A DNA stretch of 64,000 bases from Macrostomum hystrix (lineage: Eukaryota; Animalia; Platyhelminthes). How positions within the stretch are numbered: position 1 is the stretch's first letter; every line of letters starts with the position of its first letter. Position numbers and translations under genes: made by a program. The stretch covers positions 3,720,001 through 3,784,000 of the forward strand of contig CATNEN010000007.1 of NCBI GenBank assembly GCA_950097015.1. Direction: 5' to 3'. The notes under the pieces are model-generated. The model was not told the origin of the DNA. It did not search any database and saw only the letters and a list, made by a program, of their open reading frames with translations. Below, piece after piece: positions 24,183 to 37,000 of the stretch.

Positions 24183-27100
24183 TCACATCTGCGACACGGC
24201 CCGACGACAGCCAGCAGCAGCGTCCACCAGCTCCTGGGGAGCTTCGTAGTCGATCGCGCCCAAGACGCGACCGCCACCGCTGATGTCTCTGCCCACGGGC
24301 CTGCCGCCGCGTCGGTCGCCGGTTCTCTGTCGGTTGTAGGCTCCGTAGATGACTGGGTTGACGGCGCTGACACACATGCCGAAGAAAAAAAGATAGTGCG
24401 ACATTGCATCGATTATGTCCTGGTGGCGACCGCCGGTGAGCCGGTTGGCGCAGACCACAGCGTACAGTATCCAGTAGGGCAGCCACAGCAGGACGAAGGC
24501 CAGCACAATGGACGCAAACATCCGGCTGGCGGACACTCGGGCCCGAGTAAGAAGCGGCACCCGCTGCGCTGCGCGGTGCTCGGCACATCCGCAGCGGCAC
24601 GGCGCAGACACTTCATCGCGCTCGTCCTCGGCCTGCCCTCCAGCTGAAGCGACTGTCGCCTCGGCGGGACCAGCTGAATCGGCTGCACCGATGGATGCGA
24701 CGGCTGCGGATTCCTTCGCGGCAGTGGCTGGAAGCAGAAGGAAATACGGTGATCTCGACTTTGATTGAGTGCTCAAATTCACTGACATTCTCAGTCATTC
24801 TTTAGTCTCAGGCCTTTCCATTGAAAAGGGCTCAATTCATTCATTCTTCAGTTGAGCAGTCATTCTCCTCTCAGTCATTCTCCTCTCAGTCATTCTCCTC
24901 TGTCATTCTCCTCTGTCATTCTCCTCTCAGTCATTCTCCTCTGTCATTCTCCTCTCAGTCATTCTCCTCTCAGTCATTCTCCTCTCAGTCATTCTCCTCT
25001 CAGTCATTCTCCTCTCAGTCATTATCCTCTCAGTCATTATCCTCTCAGTCATTCTCCTCTCAGTCATTCTCCTCTCAGTCATTCTCCTGTCAGTCATTCT
25101 CCTCTCAGTCATTCTCCTCTCAGTCATTATCCTCTCAGTCATTCTCCTCTCAGTCATTCTCCTCTCAGTCATTCTCCTCTCAGTCATTCTCCTCTCAGTC
25201 ATTCTCCTCTCAGTCATTCTCCTCTCAGTCATTCTCCTCTCAGTCATTCTCCTCTCAGTCATTCTCCTGTCAGTCTTTATCCTCTCAGTCATTCTCCTCT
25301 CAGTCATTCTCGTTCCAGTCATTCTCAGTCATTCTCCTCAGTCATTCTCCTCTCAGCCCTCCTTATTCTATTCATATATTTCGCAGTCCCTTTCACAATC
25401 CTCACCATTTGCTTCACTCCAAGCTTTCTTTAATGTCAGTTTTTTAACTCAAATTTTCCATTTCGCGGCAGCTTGCGGTATTCCAGAGCAGAGCTGAGCA
25501 GCCACTGAAGGCTAATGCACATTGGCAGTCGCAAAAGAAGCTTGTCAAGCAGTTTTTTACTCTGCATTCAGCTTGCATAGGTAATGCCGCTAAAAACAAT
25601 GCCGCTAATCCGTTAAAAATACCATGCCTGCACATTGTTGCTCGCAGCGGAACTGCCGGCTTTGAGAAGCACAGCATTGCCCATTGTAATGAACGCAACT
25701 CGTGCGACTGCCCGTTGAGTATTTTGTAAATCTGCTCAAAAAGCTGCAGCTTAAACAAATCTGAGTCACGCGCCTGGGATTTAATCCTGAAGTGATTTGC
25801 CTGGACTGTTATTATAGAAACAGTTCACATTTAGGTAAGAAACTGCTGTTCTACAGGCTTTGTAATTGTGACGTTTGCAGAACGACAGTATGAGTTAGAT
25901 TTTCGCATTGTGATGAACTGGTGTTGCTAAAATGTTCAAATTGTGCCCTCAAATATTATCCCAGACACAGAATCACGGGATATCCTTTCACCTCGGGCTC
26001 ACCTGTGGCTTACAAAGAAATTCCAAATTCAATTTTGCTTTAGTCGGAAGGCTTTCCTTTCGTGACCTTATCTTTCAGACTTCGTGTAACTTACGAGTAT
26101 TTATTGCCTTACTGAATTATTTTGCTTTCAAACGAATTTCACTTTAATTCTCTGCTGGACCTCGTCACCTCTCATATCTAATAATACTCAGCTTGAGCAG
26201 CAGCGACTCACGCAGCAGTCTGGAGTGGCTGGTGATGCGGTTCAGGATCAGCGCGTAGCAAACTGACATGCAGACGGCAGGGATGAGGAACTGGCTGAGC
26301 AGGTTGAACAGCATGTACGCCAGCACGATCTGGTTGACGTGGCTGGCCAGCGGCTCCCAGACGGGCCGCAGCTCGATGGACACGCACTGGTAGAAGCTGC
26401 GCTGCCAGGGGCCGCGAGCAACTCCGAACAGAAGCAGCTGCAGGATGTGATGAGGCTGCAGGAATGTTTTCTGTGATCAGGCTTTTATTGCTATTTTAGA
26501 TTACACCTATATGCAAACATGCAAGAAATGCAAGAAAAAATCTGAAATGAACAAACGAACAAAACAAGCAAACAAGCAAGCAAACAAATAAACAAACAAA
26601 TAAACATACACATAGACACAGACACAGACACATATTTTCTTCTAAGTATTTTTGTCCATAATGAATATGGGTTAGTATTAAACTATGATACTGAGTTAAG
26701 TGTACATGCCCTTCGAAAACACAGATTTCACAAAAGTAAAGTCCAGTGCATATGGGTGCCGTGATACGGAAGTTTAAACCCGTTGAGTGTGCGAAGACAG
26801 ACCTGCGGCATGCTGACAGCCAGTCCGGCGCCCCAGGCCGCGGCTAGGAGGCCGGTGAGGCGGCGCCGACGACGTTGTACCTGCCAGCGACAGGGCCGCA
26901 GGAGGCCGCTGGCCCGGTTGAAGGCGATCACCATGGTGACGTAGGTGCTGCCGCTCAGTGATGCGGCCTGGCCGAACTTGAACAGCCGGCAGAGTGCGTC
27001 TCCGCCGCGGAACTCCTGGCTGAGGATCCAGGTCGCGTTGCCCAGCTGGCAGAATCCGGTGACCATCAGGTCCGCCACGATGAGGTGCCGCAGCAGCAGG

Positions 27101-27381
27101 CGGAAGCTCAGATGGCCGTGGAGTGTTGGTGAGGCTGTCATCCACAGGGCGCGCAAGTTGCTGGCCAGGGAGAAGGTGAAGACGAGCAGCAGGAAGGCGG
27201 ACTTGGCCGCGCCGGCTTTGTCCAGTCTCGGGTAGGGCGGCAGATCTTTTGTGGCGTTGAGGGCCTCGTCGGCGACGAACTTCTGGGTAAGAGACGGTGG
27301 AAGGGGGTTGGTGGCAGAGCGGTTAACGCGTTTGCCTCTCGTGCCAAGATCCCTGAGCTCGATTCCGCGGTGAGGCCACAT
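24183..27381 (-). CDS. Class A GPCR of the GnRH/AKH/corazonin receptor superfamily (exons 27381-26803, 26437-~26188, 24727-24183)
   Basis: HLIVADLMVTGF (TM2), WILSQEFRGGDALCRLFKF (ECL1/TM3), STYVTMVIAFNR, MPQ|LLLFGVARGPWQRSFYQCV (ECL2), LTRARVSASRM...FVLLWLPYW (TM6), AVNPVIY (TM7). N-glycosylation sequons NRS and NAT in the N-terminus. Exon-2 donor uncertain: 26188 gives the required phase, while 26169 would need an extra exon. Confidence 0.88.
24857..25352. repeat. 15-bp minisatellite (cagtcattctcctct)n, intronic
   Basis: Direct reading; in the last intron of the minus-strand GPCR. Confidence 0.96.
26550..26605. repeat. Degenerate (AAAC)n microsatellite
   Basis: Direct reading. Confidence 0.75.
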
Positions 27382-27453
27382 TTATTTTTCTTGGGGGCTT
27401 GTCGTGCAATTTACGCCCTTCAGGGCCAACCTGCAAGGCACAGTGAAATGTGC

Positions 27454-27645
27454 ACTGCCTGACAATGAGAAAGTCAGGGCAGATGTACACATCTGAGTGA
27501 GTGTGTGCCTGTGTACAGTATCTGTGTGTGTGTGTGCTCAGGAGTCAGCGAAAATTGGCAGAATTGCCTCCTCGCTGGCTGCGGGTCTAGTGTCACCAAA
27601 TGATGTGCCATTGCCAGCAGCCCTCCTGCAGTTGTTATTATTATA
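27454..27645. mobile_element. Second copy of the dispersed repeat found in the first GPCR intron
   Basis: actgcctgacaatgagaaagtcagggc...tgtcaccaaatgatgtgccattgccagcagccctcc matches the reverse complement of 10032-10200. Confidence 0.65.
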
Positions 27646-28403
27646 CTCGTAATTATTAAGAAACGTTGGAAATCAGTTCGAATTCGCAACTAGGCCAATC
27701 AGCAGCGAGAAGGCTTGCTGAACTGTTGCGCAATTTTGCTAGGTACGAGTATCAGCGAGTCTGTACACTGCAAAGTTAGGAGGTAGCTAACTAGATGTAG
27801 CTGAGTGTGTGTGTGTGAGCACTGTGGAGTGTGCTCAGAGAAGGTCGACGGAATGGCCAGCCTTGCCTTTGCAGCGGTGCTGGGGTGATTATGCCAAAGG
27901 AGTTGAGCCAATTATGTCACAAGAAATTAACATAAATTAACTATTTGCGTGTGAAACTGCAATGGAAGCAGGAACAGGGAGTAACTCAGAAGTGCGGGCT
28001 GTGACAGACATGGGAGTGCAATAATTAGCAGGGACAGCGGAGAGACGAAGTGCAACAAACGCGTTTTGCATATTTAGCCGCAGCAGCAGCCCGTTCAGAC
28101 TCGGGCAGATTGGCTTGTGCGTGCCCTCCCCACAGGCTGGCTAGGGAGGCTCTGGGGATCGAGGAAGGGGAAATTGTTTCACAGCCTGCATTTCTTCCTC
28201 CAGGCTTTGATCCATTATCGGCCAGGCCTTTGAATGCCGGAAGAAAGAAGAGGCGAGCCTGGAACCTCCGAGTAAAACTTGAGTCTTGAAGCTGGATTTA
28301 AGATGAGAAGCAATTTTAAAAGTTCAGGGATGCAAGAACTACTGAACGATGTACCTAGGGCACACCTTAGTTCATTAGTGCTCACCTCACTAAATGAGAT
28401 AAA

Positions 28404-28660
28404 GGGAGCTTGTAGTTGTAAGTGTTTTGGACTTCTGTCTGAGAGGTCGGAAGTTCAAATCTCGGAATAAGGGAAGCAATATGGGTCCACGAGCAAGAAA
28501 CTCCAAAGTGCTTCCAGCTGTGAAATAGATACCGTTAATGTGGGAGTGGCGAGTTCCTGTGTCCATGGACTGAACAGCAGTACACAGCTTTACACAGCTT
28601 GTGGAAGCACTGCCGATAGCTGCGGCTGTGCCACTGGCTGTAACTGAGGCCCAACTGAGC
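28404..28660 (+). mobile_element. tRNA-derived SINE-like element (diverged)
   Basis: B-box-like gttcaaatc at 28453. Body shares tgtccatggactgaacagc and gctgcggctgtgc with 55189-55440. Confidence 0.6.
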
Positions 28661-28963
28661 TAGGTATAATTATTTCTGTCTGTCTATCTCACTCAATGAG
28701 AAACACTCACCGACGCTGAGGGATTTCAAGGGTACCCGGAGAGACTGCTAATTGACAGGTATTGTGTTTCAAGTGAACCCGAAAACAGGTGGGAACAGAA
28801 ATTACATCAAGCAATATTATTTAGCTCAATAACAGCACCTATGCCAAAACTGATCATGGATTTGACACCTTTGGAAAGCGTATCATCAGCCATGTGCAGC
28901 AGACCCACTGGTTGCACTTTCTAGGATTCACAACAAAATTTTCCTCTCTGCGATTTCATCAGT

Positions 28964-31697
28964 GAGTAAGGAATCACACAGATCAGGGGAAGGGGTAAGG
29001 AATCACACAGATCAGGGGAAGGGGTAAGGAATCACACAGATCAGGGGAAGGGGTAAGGAATCACATAGATCGGTTGAAGGGGTAAGGACTCACACAGATC
29101 AGGGGAAGGGGTAAGGAATCACACAGATCAGTTGAAGGGGTAAGGAATCACATAGATCAGTTGAAGGGGTAAGGAATCACATAGATCAGTTGAAGGGGTA
29201 AGGAATCACACAGATCAGTTGAAGGGGTAAGGAATCACACAGATCAGTTGAAGGGGTAAGGAATCACACAGATCAGTTGAAGGGGTAAGGACTCACACAG
29301 ATCAGGGGAAGGGGTAAGGAATCACATAGATCGGTTGAAGGGGTAAGGACTCACACAGATCAGGGGAAGGGGTAAGGAATCACATAGATCAGGGGAAGGG
29401 GTAAGGAATCACATAGATCGGTTCAAGGGGTAAGGACTCACACAGATCAGGGGAAGGGGTAAGGAATCACACAGATCAGTTGAAGGGGTAAGGACTCACA
29501 CAGATCAGGGGAAGGGGTAAGGAATCACATAGATCAGTTGAAGGGGTAAGGACTCACACAGATCAGGGGAAGGGGTAAGGACTCACACAGATCAGTTGAA
29601 GGGGTAAGGAATCACATAGATCAGTTGAAGGGGTAAGGACTCACACAGATCAGTTGAAGGGGTAAGGACTCACACAGATCAGGGGAAGGGGTAAGGACTC
29701 ACACAGATCAGGGGAAGGGGTAAGGAATCACACAGATCAGTTGAAGGGGTAAGGAATCACACAGATCAGGGGAAGGGGTAAGGAATCACATAGATCGGTT
29801 GAAGGGGTAAGGACTCACACAGATCAGGGGAAGGGGTAAGGAATCACATAGATCAGGGGAAGGGGTAAGGAATCACATAGATCGGTTCAAGGGGTAAGGA
29901 CTCACACAGATCAGGGGAAGGGGTAAGGAATCACACAGATCAGTTGAAGGGGTAAGGACTCACACAGATCAGGGGAAGGGGTAAGGACTCACACAGATCA
30001 GTTGAAGGGGTAAGGAATCACATAGATCAGTTGAAGGGGTAAGGACTCACACAGATCAGTTGAAGGGGTAAGGACTCACACAGATCAGGGGAAGGGGTAA
30101 GGACTCACACAGATCAGGGGAAGGGGTAAGGAATCACACAGATCAGTTGAAGGGGTAAGGAATCACACAGATCAGGGGAAGGGGTAAGGACTCACACAGA
30201 TCAGTTGAAGGGGTAAGGACTCACACAGATCAGGGGAAGGGGTAAGGAATCACACAGATCAGTTGAAGGGGTAAGGAATCACACAGATCAGTTGAAGAGG
30301 GTAAGGAATCACACAGATCAGTTGAAGAGGGTAGGGAATCACACAGATCAGTTGAAGGGGTAAGGAATCACACAGATCAGTTGAAGAGGGTAAGGAATCA
30401 CACAGATCAGTTGAAGGGGTAAGGAATCACACAGATCAGTTGAAGGGGTAAGGAATCACACAGATCAGTTGAAGAGGGTAATGAATCACACAGATCAGTT
30501 GAAAATGGAGTCTCACAGATCAGGGGAAGGGGTAGGGACTCACACAGATCAGTTGAAGGGGTAAGGACTCACACAGATCAGTTGAAGGGGTAAGGACTCA
30601 CACAGATCAGTTGAAGGGGTAAGGACTCACACAGATCAGTTGAAGGGGTAAGGACTCACACAGATCAGTTGAAGGGGTAAGGACTCACACAGATCAGTTG
30701 AAGGGGTAAGGACTCACACAGATCAGTTGAAGGGGTAAGGACTCACACAGATCAGGGGAGGGGGTAAGGATTCACACAGATCAGTTGAAGGGGTAAGGAC
30801 TCACACAGATCAGGGGAAGGGGTAAGGACTCACACAGATCAGGGGAAGGGGTAAGGAATCACATAGATCAGTTGAAGGGGTAAGGACTCACACAGATCAG
30901 GGGAAGGGGTAAGGACTCACACAGATCAGTTGAAGGGGTAAGGACTCACACAGATCAGTTGAAGGGGTAAGGACTCACACAGATCAGTTGAAGGGGTAAG
31001 GACTCACACAGATCAGTTGAAGGGGTAAGGACTCACACAGATCAGGGGAAGGGGTAAGGACTCACACAGATCAGTTGAAGGGGTAAGGACTCACACAGAT
31101 CAGGGGAGGGGGTAAGGATTCACACAGATCAGTTAAAGGGGTAAGGAATCACACAGATCAGTTGAAGGGGTAAGGACTCACACAGATCAGGGGAAGGGGT
31201 AAGGACTCACACAGATCAGGGGAGGGGGTAAGGATTCACACAGATCAGTTGAAGAGGGTAAGGAATCACACAGATCAGTTGAAGGGGTAAGGACTCACAC
31301 AGATCAGTTGAAGGGGTAAGGAATCACACAGATCAGTTGAAGGGGTAAGGAATCACACAGATCAGTTGAAGAGGGTAAGGAATCACACAGATCAGTTGAA
31401 GAGGGTAGGGAATCACACAGATCAGTTGAAGGGGTAAGGAATCACACAGATCAGTTGAAGAGGGTAAGGAATCACACAGATCAGTTGAAGGGGTAAGGAA
31501 TCACACAGATCAGTTGAAGGGGTAAGGAATCACACAGATCAGTTGAAGAGGGTAACGAATCACACAGATCAGTTGAAGAGGGTAAGGAATCACACAGATC
31601 AGTTGAAGAGGGTAATGAATCACACAGATCAGTTGAAAATGGAGTCTCACAGATCAGGGGAAGGGGTAGGGACTCACACAGATCAGGAGAAGGGGAT
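28964..31697. repeat. 29-bp G-rich minisatellite (ggggtaagga[a/c]tcaca[c/t]agatcag[ttg/ggg]aa)n, ~94 copies
   Basis: Direct reading; period measured as 29. Confidence 0.98.
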
Positions 31698-32090
31698 AAG
31701 GATTTATAAAGTGCAAAGGTAAAGATTCGAAATGATTTAGGTGAACTTAGGCAGCATTGTCTCATGCCTACGGCAGCTTACCTTAAGTTCCGATTCCATT
31801 GCAATCCGGAATTTCGTCAAGTCAGGCGAAAATCCAGCGTACACTCAATTGTTCATTATGCTGGCCAGCTATTGTGTCTGGGTGTGTTGGCCGAGGTTCA
31901 GTTTCCGACTGTAACTGCCGCGTGTTTTAGCCACGCGCATGCATTTGTCTTATTTTATTTTTAATTTTCCTTGAGTCACCAGTCATTGGCCCGCAATGCG
32001 ATTGGCGCGTTTCATTTGAGCCATGCACTTTAATAGATTCTTCTGTAGGACAGTGCCGACTGACCTTGAATTACGACTAGCGGTTTTACG

Positions 32091-32829
32091 GAGGAGTGTA
32101 ATGACCATCCAGATGTCTCAGAGGAGTGTAGTGACCATCCAGATGTCTCAGAGGAGTGTAGTGACCATCCAGATATCTCTGAGGAGTGTAGTGACCATCC
32201 AGATATCTCTGAGGAGTGTAGTGACCATCCAGATATCTCTGAGGAGTGTAGTGACCATCCAGATGTCTCTGAGGAGTGTAATGACCATCCAGATATCTCT
32301 GAGGAGTGTAGTGACCATCCAGATATCTCTGAGGAGTGTAATGACCATCCAGATGTCTCAGAGGAGTGTAGTGACCATCCAGATGTCTCTGAGGAGTGTT
32401 GTGACCATCCAGATGTATCTGAGGAGTGTAATGACCATCCAGATGTATCTGAGGAGTGTAGTAACCATCCAGATGTCTCTGAGGAGTGTAGTGACCATCC
32501 AGATGTCTCTGAGGAGTGTAGTGACCATCCAGATGTCTCTGAGGAGTGTAATGACCATCCAGATGTCTCAGAGGAGTGTAGTGACCATCCAGATGTCTCT
32601 GAGGAGTGTTGTGACCATCCAGATGTATCTGAGGAGTGTAGTGACCATCCAGATGTATCTGAGGAGTGTAATGACCATCCAGATGTATCTGAGGAGTGTA
32701 GTGACCATCCAGATGTATCTGAGGAGTGTAATGACCATCCAGATGTCTCAGAGGAGTGTAGTGACCATCCAGATGTCTCTGAGGAGTGTTGTGACCATCC
32801 AGATGTATCTGAGGAGTGTAATGACCACT
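32091..32829. repeat. 30-bp minisatellite (gaggagtgtagtgaccatccagatgtctct)n, ~24 copies
   Basis: Direct reading. Confidence 0.98.
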
Positions 32830-33396
32830 CAGAAGTAATCTATAGTGCAATTAGCAGTGCTCGTACTACGACCTGTATAGTCGAGTCGTAGAGTCGTTTC
32901 AGGTAAATTTGAGAGACACCTAGCTTATTAACAAAGCAGATCGGAATTCGCATTACACTTTTATCGAAAAAGCGTGCACTTTTATACCGAGCCGGGCTCG
33001 GCATTTCAGGCATTTGCTCTCATTTTCTGCCTCCGCTGGTGCGGCGGTGCCGGCAGCCATAAACTCAGGCCAGGCAATCATCAAGCTGTATATTTATTGA
33101 ATTATAAAGTTGCATGCACTCTACCCACTGGTCTGCCGAGTTCAGATTGAGAGAGGCCGAGTTTAAAAAATAACGTTTTAGCTTTTAATCCGTTAATATC
33201 CGTTAATATTAGCAGAACGGATTAATAATCCAGACAGAACGGACAGGGCATTGCGGACTAATGCATTCACGCATTTATACCAAAATAATTATTTTTCTAT
33301 TCACACAAGGAACTGTCAGTTTTGATGAAAAAAGTTATTTTTGTTACTATTATATCAAGCTTACACTACTCTTTTAATCACTCCTTTCAACACCCT

Positions 33397-33890
33397 GCTT
33401 GTCACTTTTCACAGCACTCGCTTGTCACTCTTTACGTCTCCCTGCTTGTCACTCTTTATCTCACCCTGCTTGTCACTCTTTATCTCACCCTGCGTGTCAC
33501 TCTTTATCTCACTCTAATTGTCCCTCTTTATCTCAACCTGCTTGTCACTCTTTATCTCACCCTGCTTGTCACTCTTTATCTCACCCTGCGTGTCACTCTT
33601 TATCTCACCCTGCGTGTCACTCTTTATCTCACTCTAATTGTCCCTCTTTATCTCAACCTGCTTGTCACTCTTTATCTCACCCTGCTTGTCACTCTTTATC
33701 TCACCCTGCGTGTCACTCTTTATCTCACCCTGCTTGTCACTCTTTATCTCACCCTGCGTGTCACTATTTATCTCACCCTGCTTGTCACTCTTTATCTCAC
33801 CCTGCGTGTCACTCTTTATCTCACCCTGCGTGTCACTCTTTATCTCACCCTGCTTGTCACTCTTCACGGCACTTGGCTAGTCACTCTTTA
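33397..33890. repeat. 24-bp minisatellite (cactctttatctcaccctgcttgt)n
   Basis: Direct reading. Confidence 0.95.
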
Positions 33891-34037
33891 TGGCACTCAG
33901 TCTCAACCTCGGAGACCTAACCTACTCATATTAAATTTTTATAACAGCGAATGGATTTTTTAGCCTACATTTATTCCACAATGTCAGTCTGAACGAGATT
34001 GCTAAATCCTCTGTAACAAGTCTAAGCAATGAGCTGT

Positions 34038-37000
34038 TCAGTACTCAAACGGGTGGGTGAGTCGGCAGCCAGTAAGGGACACGTGGTTCATTGAGTAGGA
34101 CATGTCGCAGATTACGGCGTTGTTGGTGTAATTAGACTCGGCGACCAGGTACTCAGGGTTGACGACCAGCTAAAAGGGAGGGAAGAGAAAAATTTGAGGA
34201 TCACAAGCACAGCGCGAGTGTACTCAGAAAAGTGCAGAACTCATTGCGGGACAAGTCAGCCGTCGCCTCCCTGAACTTACCCTGAAGGCGTAGCGGCCAA
34301 ACGGCAGCTCTGTGACGTCAACCCACTGGCAGTCCAAGTCGTGCAGGTAGACATCCTTGCAGCCGGGCGAGATGCCCTGCGAGCCGCGCTCCAGCGGGTC
34401 CTCGCTGCAGCGGAACCGCGGCTGAGCGCCGTGCCGGCAGGCGTTGTCCTCCAAGCAGAAGCTGGCTTTGTGCCCGCTGGCCAGCGTCTGGTGGCTGCTG
34501 TTGTGCCTGGGCTCGGATTGAAGACAATGCTGATATTTGCAGGGAGCAGTTTGCACTGGCGCATCACAGATACGTCACACACGACCACATTCATACAGGT
34601 GAGTACTTGAGGGCCTTACTCTCACTGTGCCCTGAGGGTTTGGACGTCATAGGTGTGAATTGCACGACAAGCCCCATAAAAGCCTTCTCTTCGCGGTCCA
34701 CTTTATGGACTGTAGCCAGATTATGGACTATGGCCAGAAAGGACTGTAGTAAGGACTGTAGTCATGACTGTAGTAAGGACTGTAGTAAGGACTGTAGTCA
34801 TGACTGTAGTAAGGACTGTAGTAAGGACTGTAGTAAGGACTGTAGTAAGGACTGTAGTAAGGACTGTAGTAAGGACTGTAGTCATGACTGTAGTAAGGAC
34901 TGTAGTAAGGACTGTAGTAAGGACTGTAGTAAGGACTGTAGTAAGGACTGTAGTCATGACTGTAGTAAGGACTGTAGTCATGACTGTAGTAAGGACTGTA
35001 GTAAGGACTGTAGTAAGGACTGTAGTCATGACTGTAGTAAGGACTGTAGTAAGGACTGTAGTAAGGACTGTAGTCATGACTGTAGTAAGGACTGTAGTCA
35101 TGACTGTAGTAAGGACTGTAGTCATGACTGTAGTAAGGACTGTAGTAAGGACTGTAGTCATGACTGTAGTAAGGACTGTTGTAAGGACTGTAGTCATGAC
35201 TGTAGTAAGGACTGTTGTAAGGACTGTAGTCATGACTGTAGTAAGGACTGTAGTAAGGACTGTAGTAAGGACTGTAGTAAGGACTGTAGTCATGACTGTA
35301 GTAAGGACTGTAGTAAGGACTGTAGTAAGGACTGTAGTAAGGACTGTAGTAAGGACTGTAGTAAGGACTGTAGTCATGACTGTAGTAAGGACTGTAGTCA
35401 TGACTGTAGTAAGGACTGTAGTAAGGACTGTAGTAAGGACTGTAGTAAGGACTGTAGTAAGGACTGTAGTCATGACTGTAGTAAGGACTTTTGTAAGGAC
35501 TGTAGTAAGGACTGTAGTAAGGACTGTAGTAAGGACTGTTGTAAGGACTGTTGTAAGGACTGTTGTAAGGACTGTAGTAAGGACTGTAGTAAGGACTGTA
35601 GTAAGGACTGTAGTCATGACTGTAGTAAGGACTGTTGTAAGGACTGTAGAAAGGACTTTAGTAAGGACTGTAGTAAGGACTGTAGTAAGGACTGTAGTAA
35701 GGACTGTAGTAAGGACTGTAGTCATGACTGTAGTCATGACTGTAGTAAGGACTGTAGTAAGGACTGTAGTAAGGACTGTAGTAAGGACTGTAGTAAGGAC
35801 TGTAGTAAGGACTGTAGTAAGGACTGTAGTAAGGACTGTTGTAAGGACTGTTGTAAGGACTGTAGTAAGGACTGTAGTAAGGACTGTAGTAAGGACTGTA
35901 GTAAGGACTGTAGTAAGGACTGTAGTAAGGACTGTAGTAAGGACTGTAGTAAGGACTGTAGTAAGGACTGTAGTAAGGACTGTAGTAAGGACTGTAGTAA
36001 GGACTGTAGTAAGGACTGTAGTAAGGACTGTAGTAAGGACTGTAGTAAGGACTGTTGTAAGGACTGTTGTAAGGACTGTAGTAAGGACTGTAGTAAGGAC
36101 TGTTGTAAGGACTGTAGTAAGGACTGTTGTAAGGACTGTAGTAAGGACTGTAGTAAGGACTGTAGTAAGGACTGTAGTAAGGACTGTTGTAAGGACTGTA
36201 GTAAGGACTGTAGTAAGGACTGTAGTAAGGACTGTAGTCATGACTGTAGTAAGGACTGTTGAGGACTGTTGTAAGGACTGTAGTAAGGACTGTAGTAAGG
36301 ACTGTTGTAAGGACTGTAGTAAGGACTGTTGTAAGGACTGTTGTAAGGACTGTTGTAAGGACTGTAGTAAGGACTGTTGTAAGGACTGTTGTAAGGACTG
36401 TAGTAAGGACTGTTGTAAGGACTGTAGTAAGGACTGTAGTAAGGACTGTAGTAAGGACTGTTGTAAGGACTGTTGTAAGGACTGTAGTAAGGACTGTAGT
36501 AAGGACTGTAGTAAGGACTGTAGTCATGACTGTAGTAAGGACTTTTGTAAGGACTGTAGTAAGGACTGTAGTAAGGACTGTTGTAAGGACTGTAGTAAGG
36601 ACTGTAGTAAGGACTGTAGTCATGACTGTAGTCATGACTGTAGTAAGGACTGTAGTAAGGACTGTAGTAAGGACTGTAGTAAGGATTGTAGTAAGGACTG
36701 TTGTAAGGACTGTAGTAAGGACTGTAGTAAGGACTGTAGTAAGGACTGTAGTAAGGACTGTAGTCATGACTGTAGTAAGGACTGTAGTAAGGACTGTAGT
36801 AAGGACTGTAGTAAGGACTGTAGTAAGGACTGTAGTCATGACTGTAGTAAGGACTGTAGTAAGGACTGTAGTAAGGACTGTAGTAAGGACTGTAGTCATG
36901 ACTGTAGTAAGGACTGTAGTAAGGACTGTAGTAAGGACTGTAGTAAGGACTGTAGTAAGGACTGTAGTCATGACTGTAGTAAGGACTGTAGTAAGGACTG

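Noticed and set aside
24039-24768. Plus-strand ORFs opposite the GPCR, CCCH, coiled-coil, LINE and ARIH exons
   Set aside because: They are antisense shadows of GC-rich coding sequence, with no domains or splice support.
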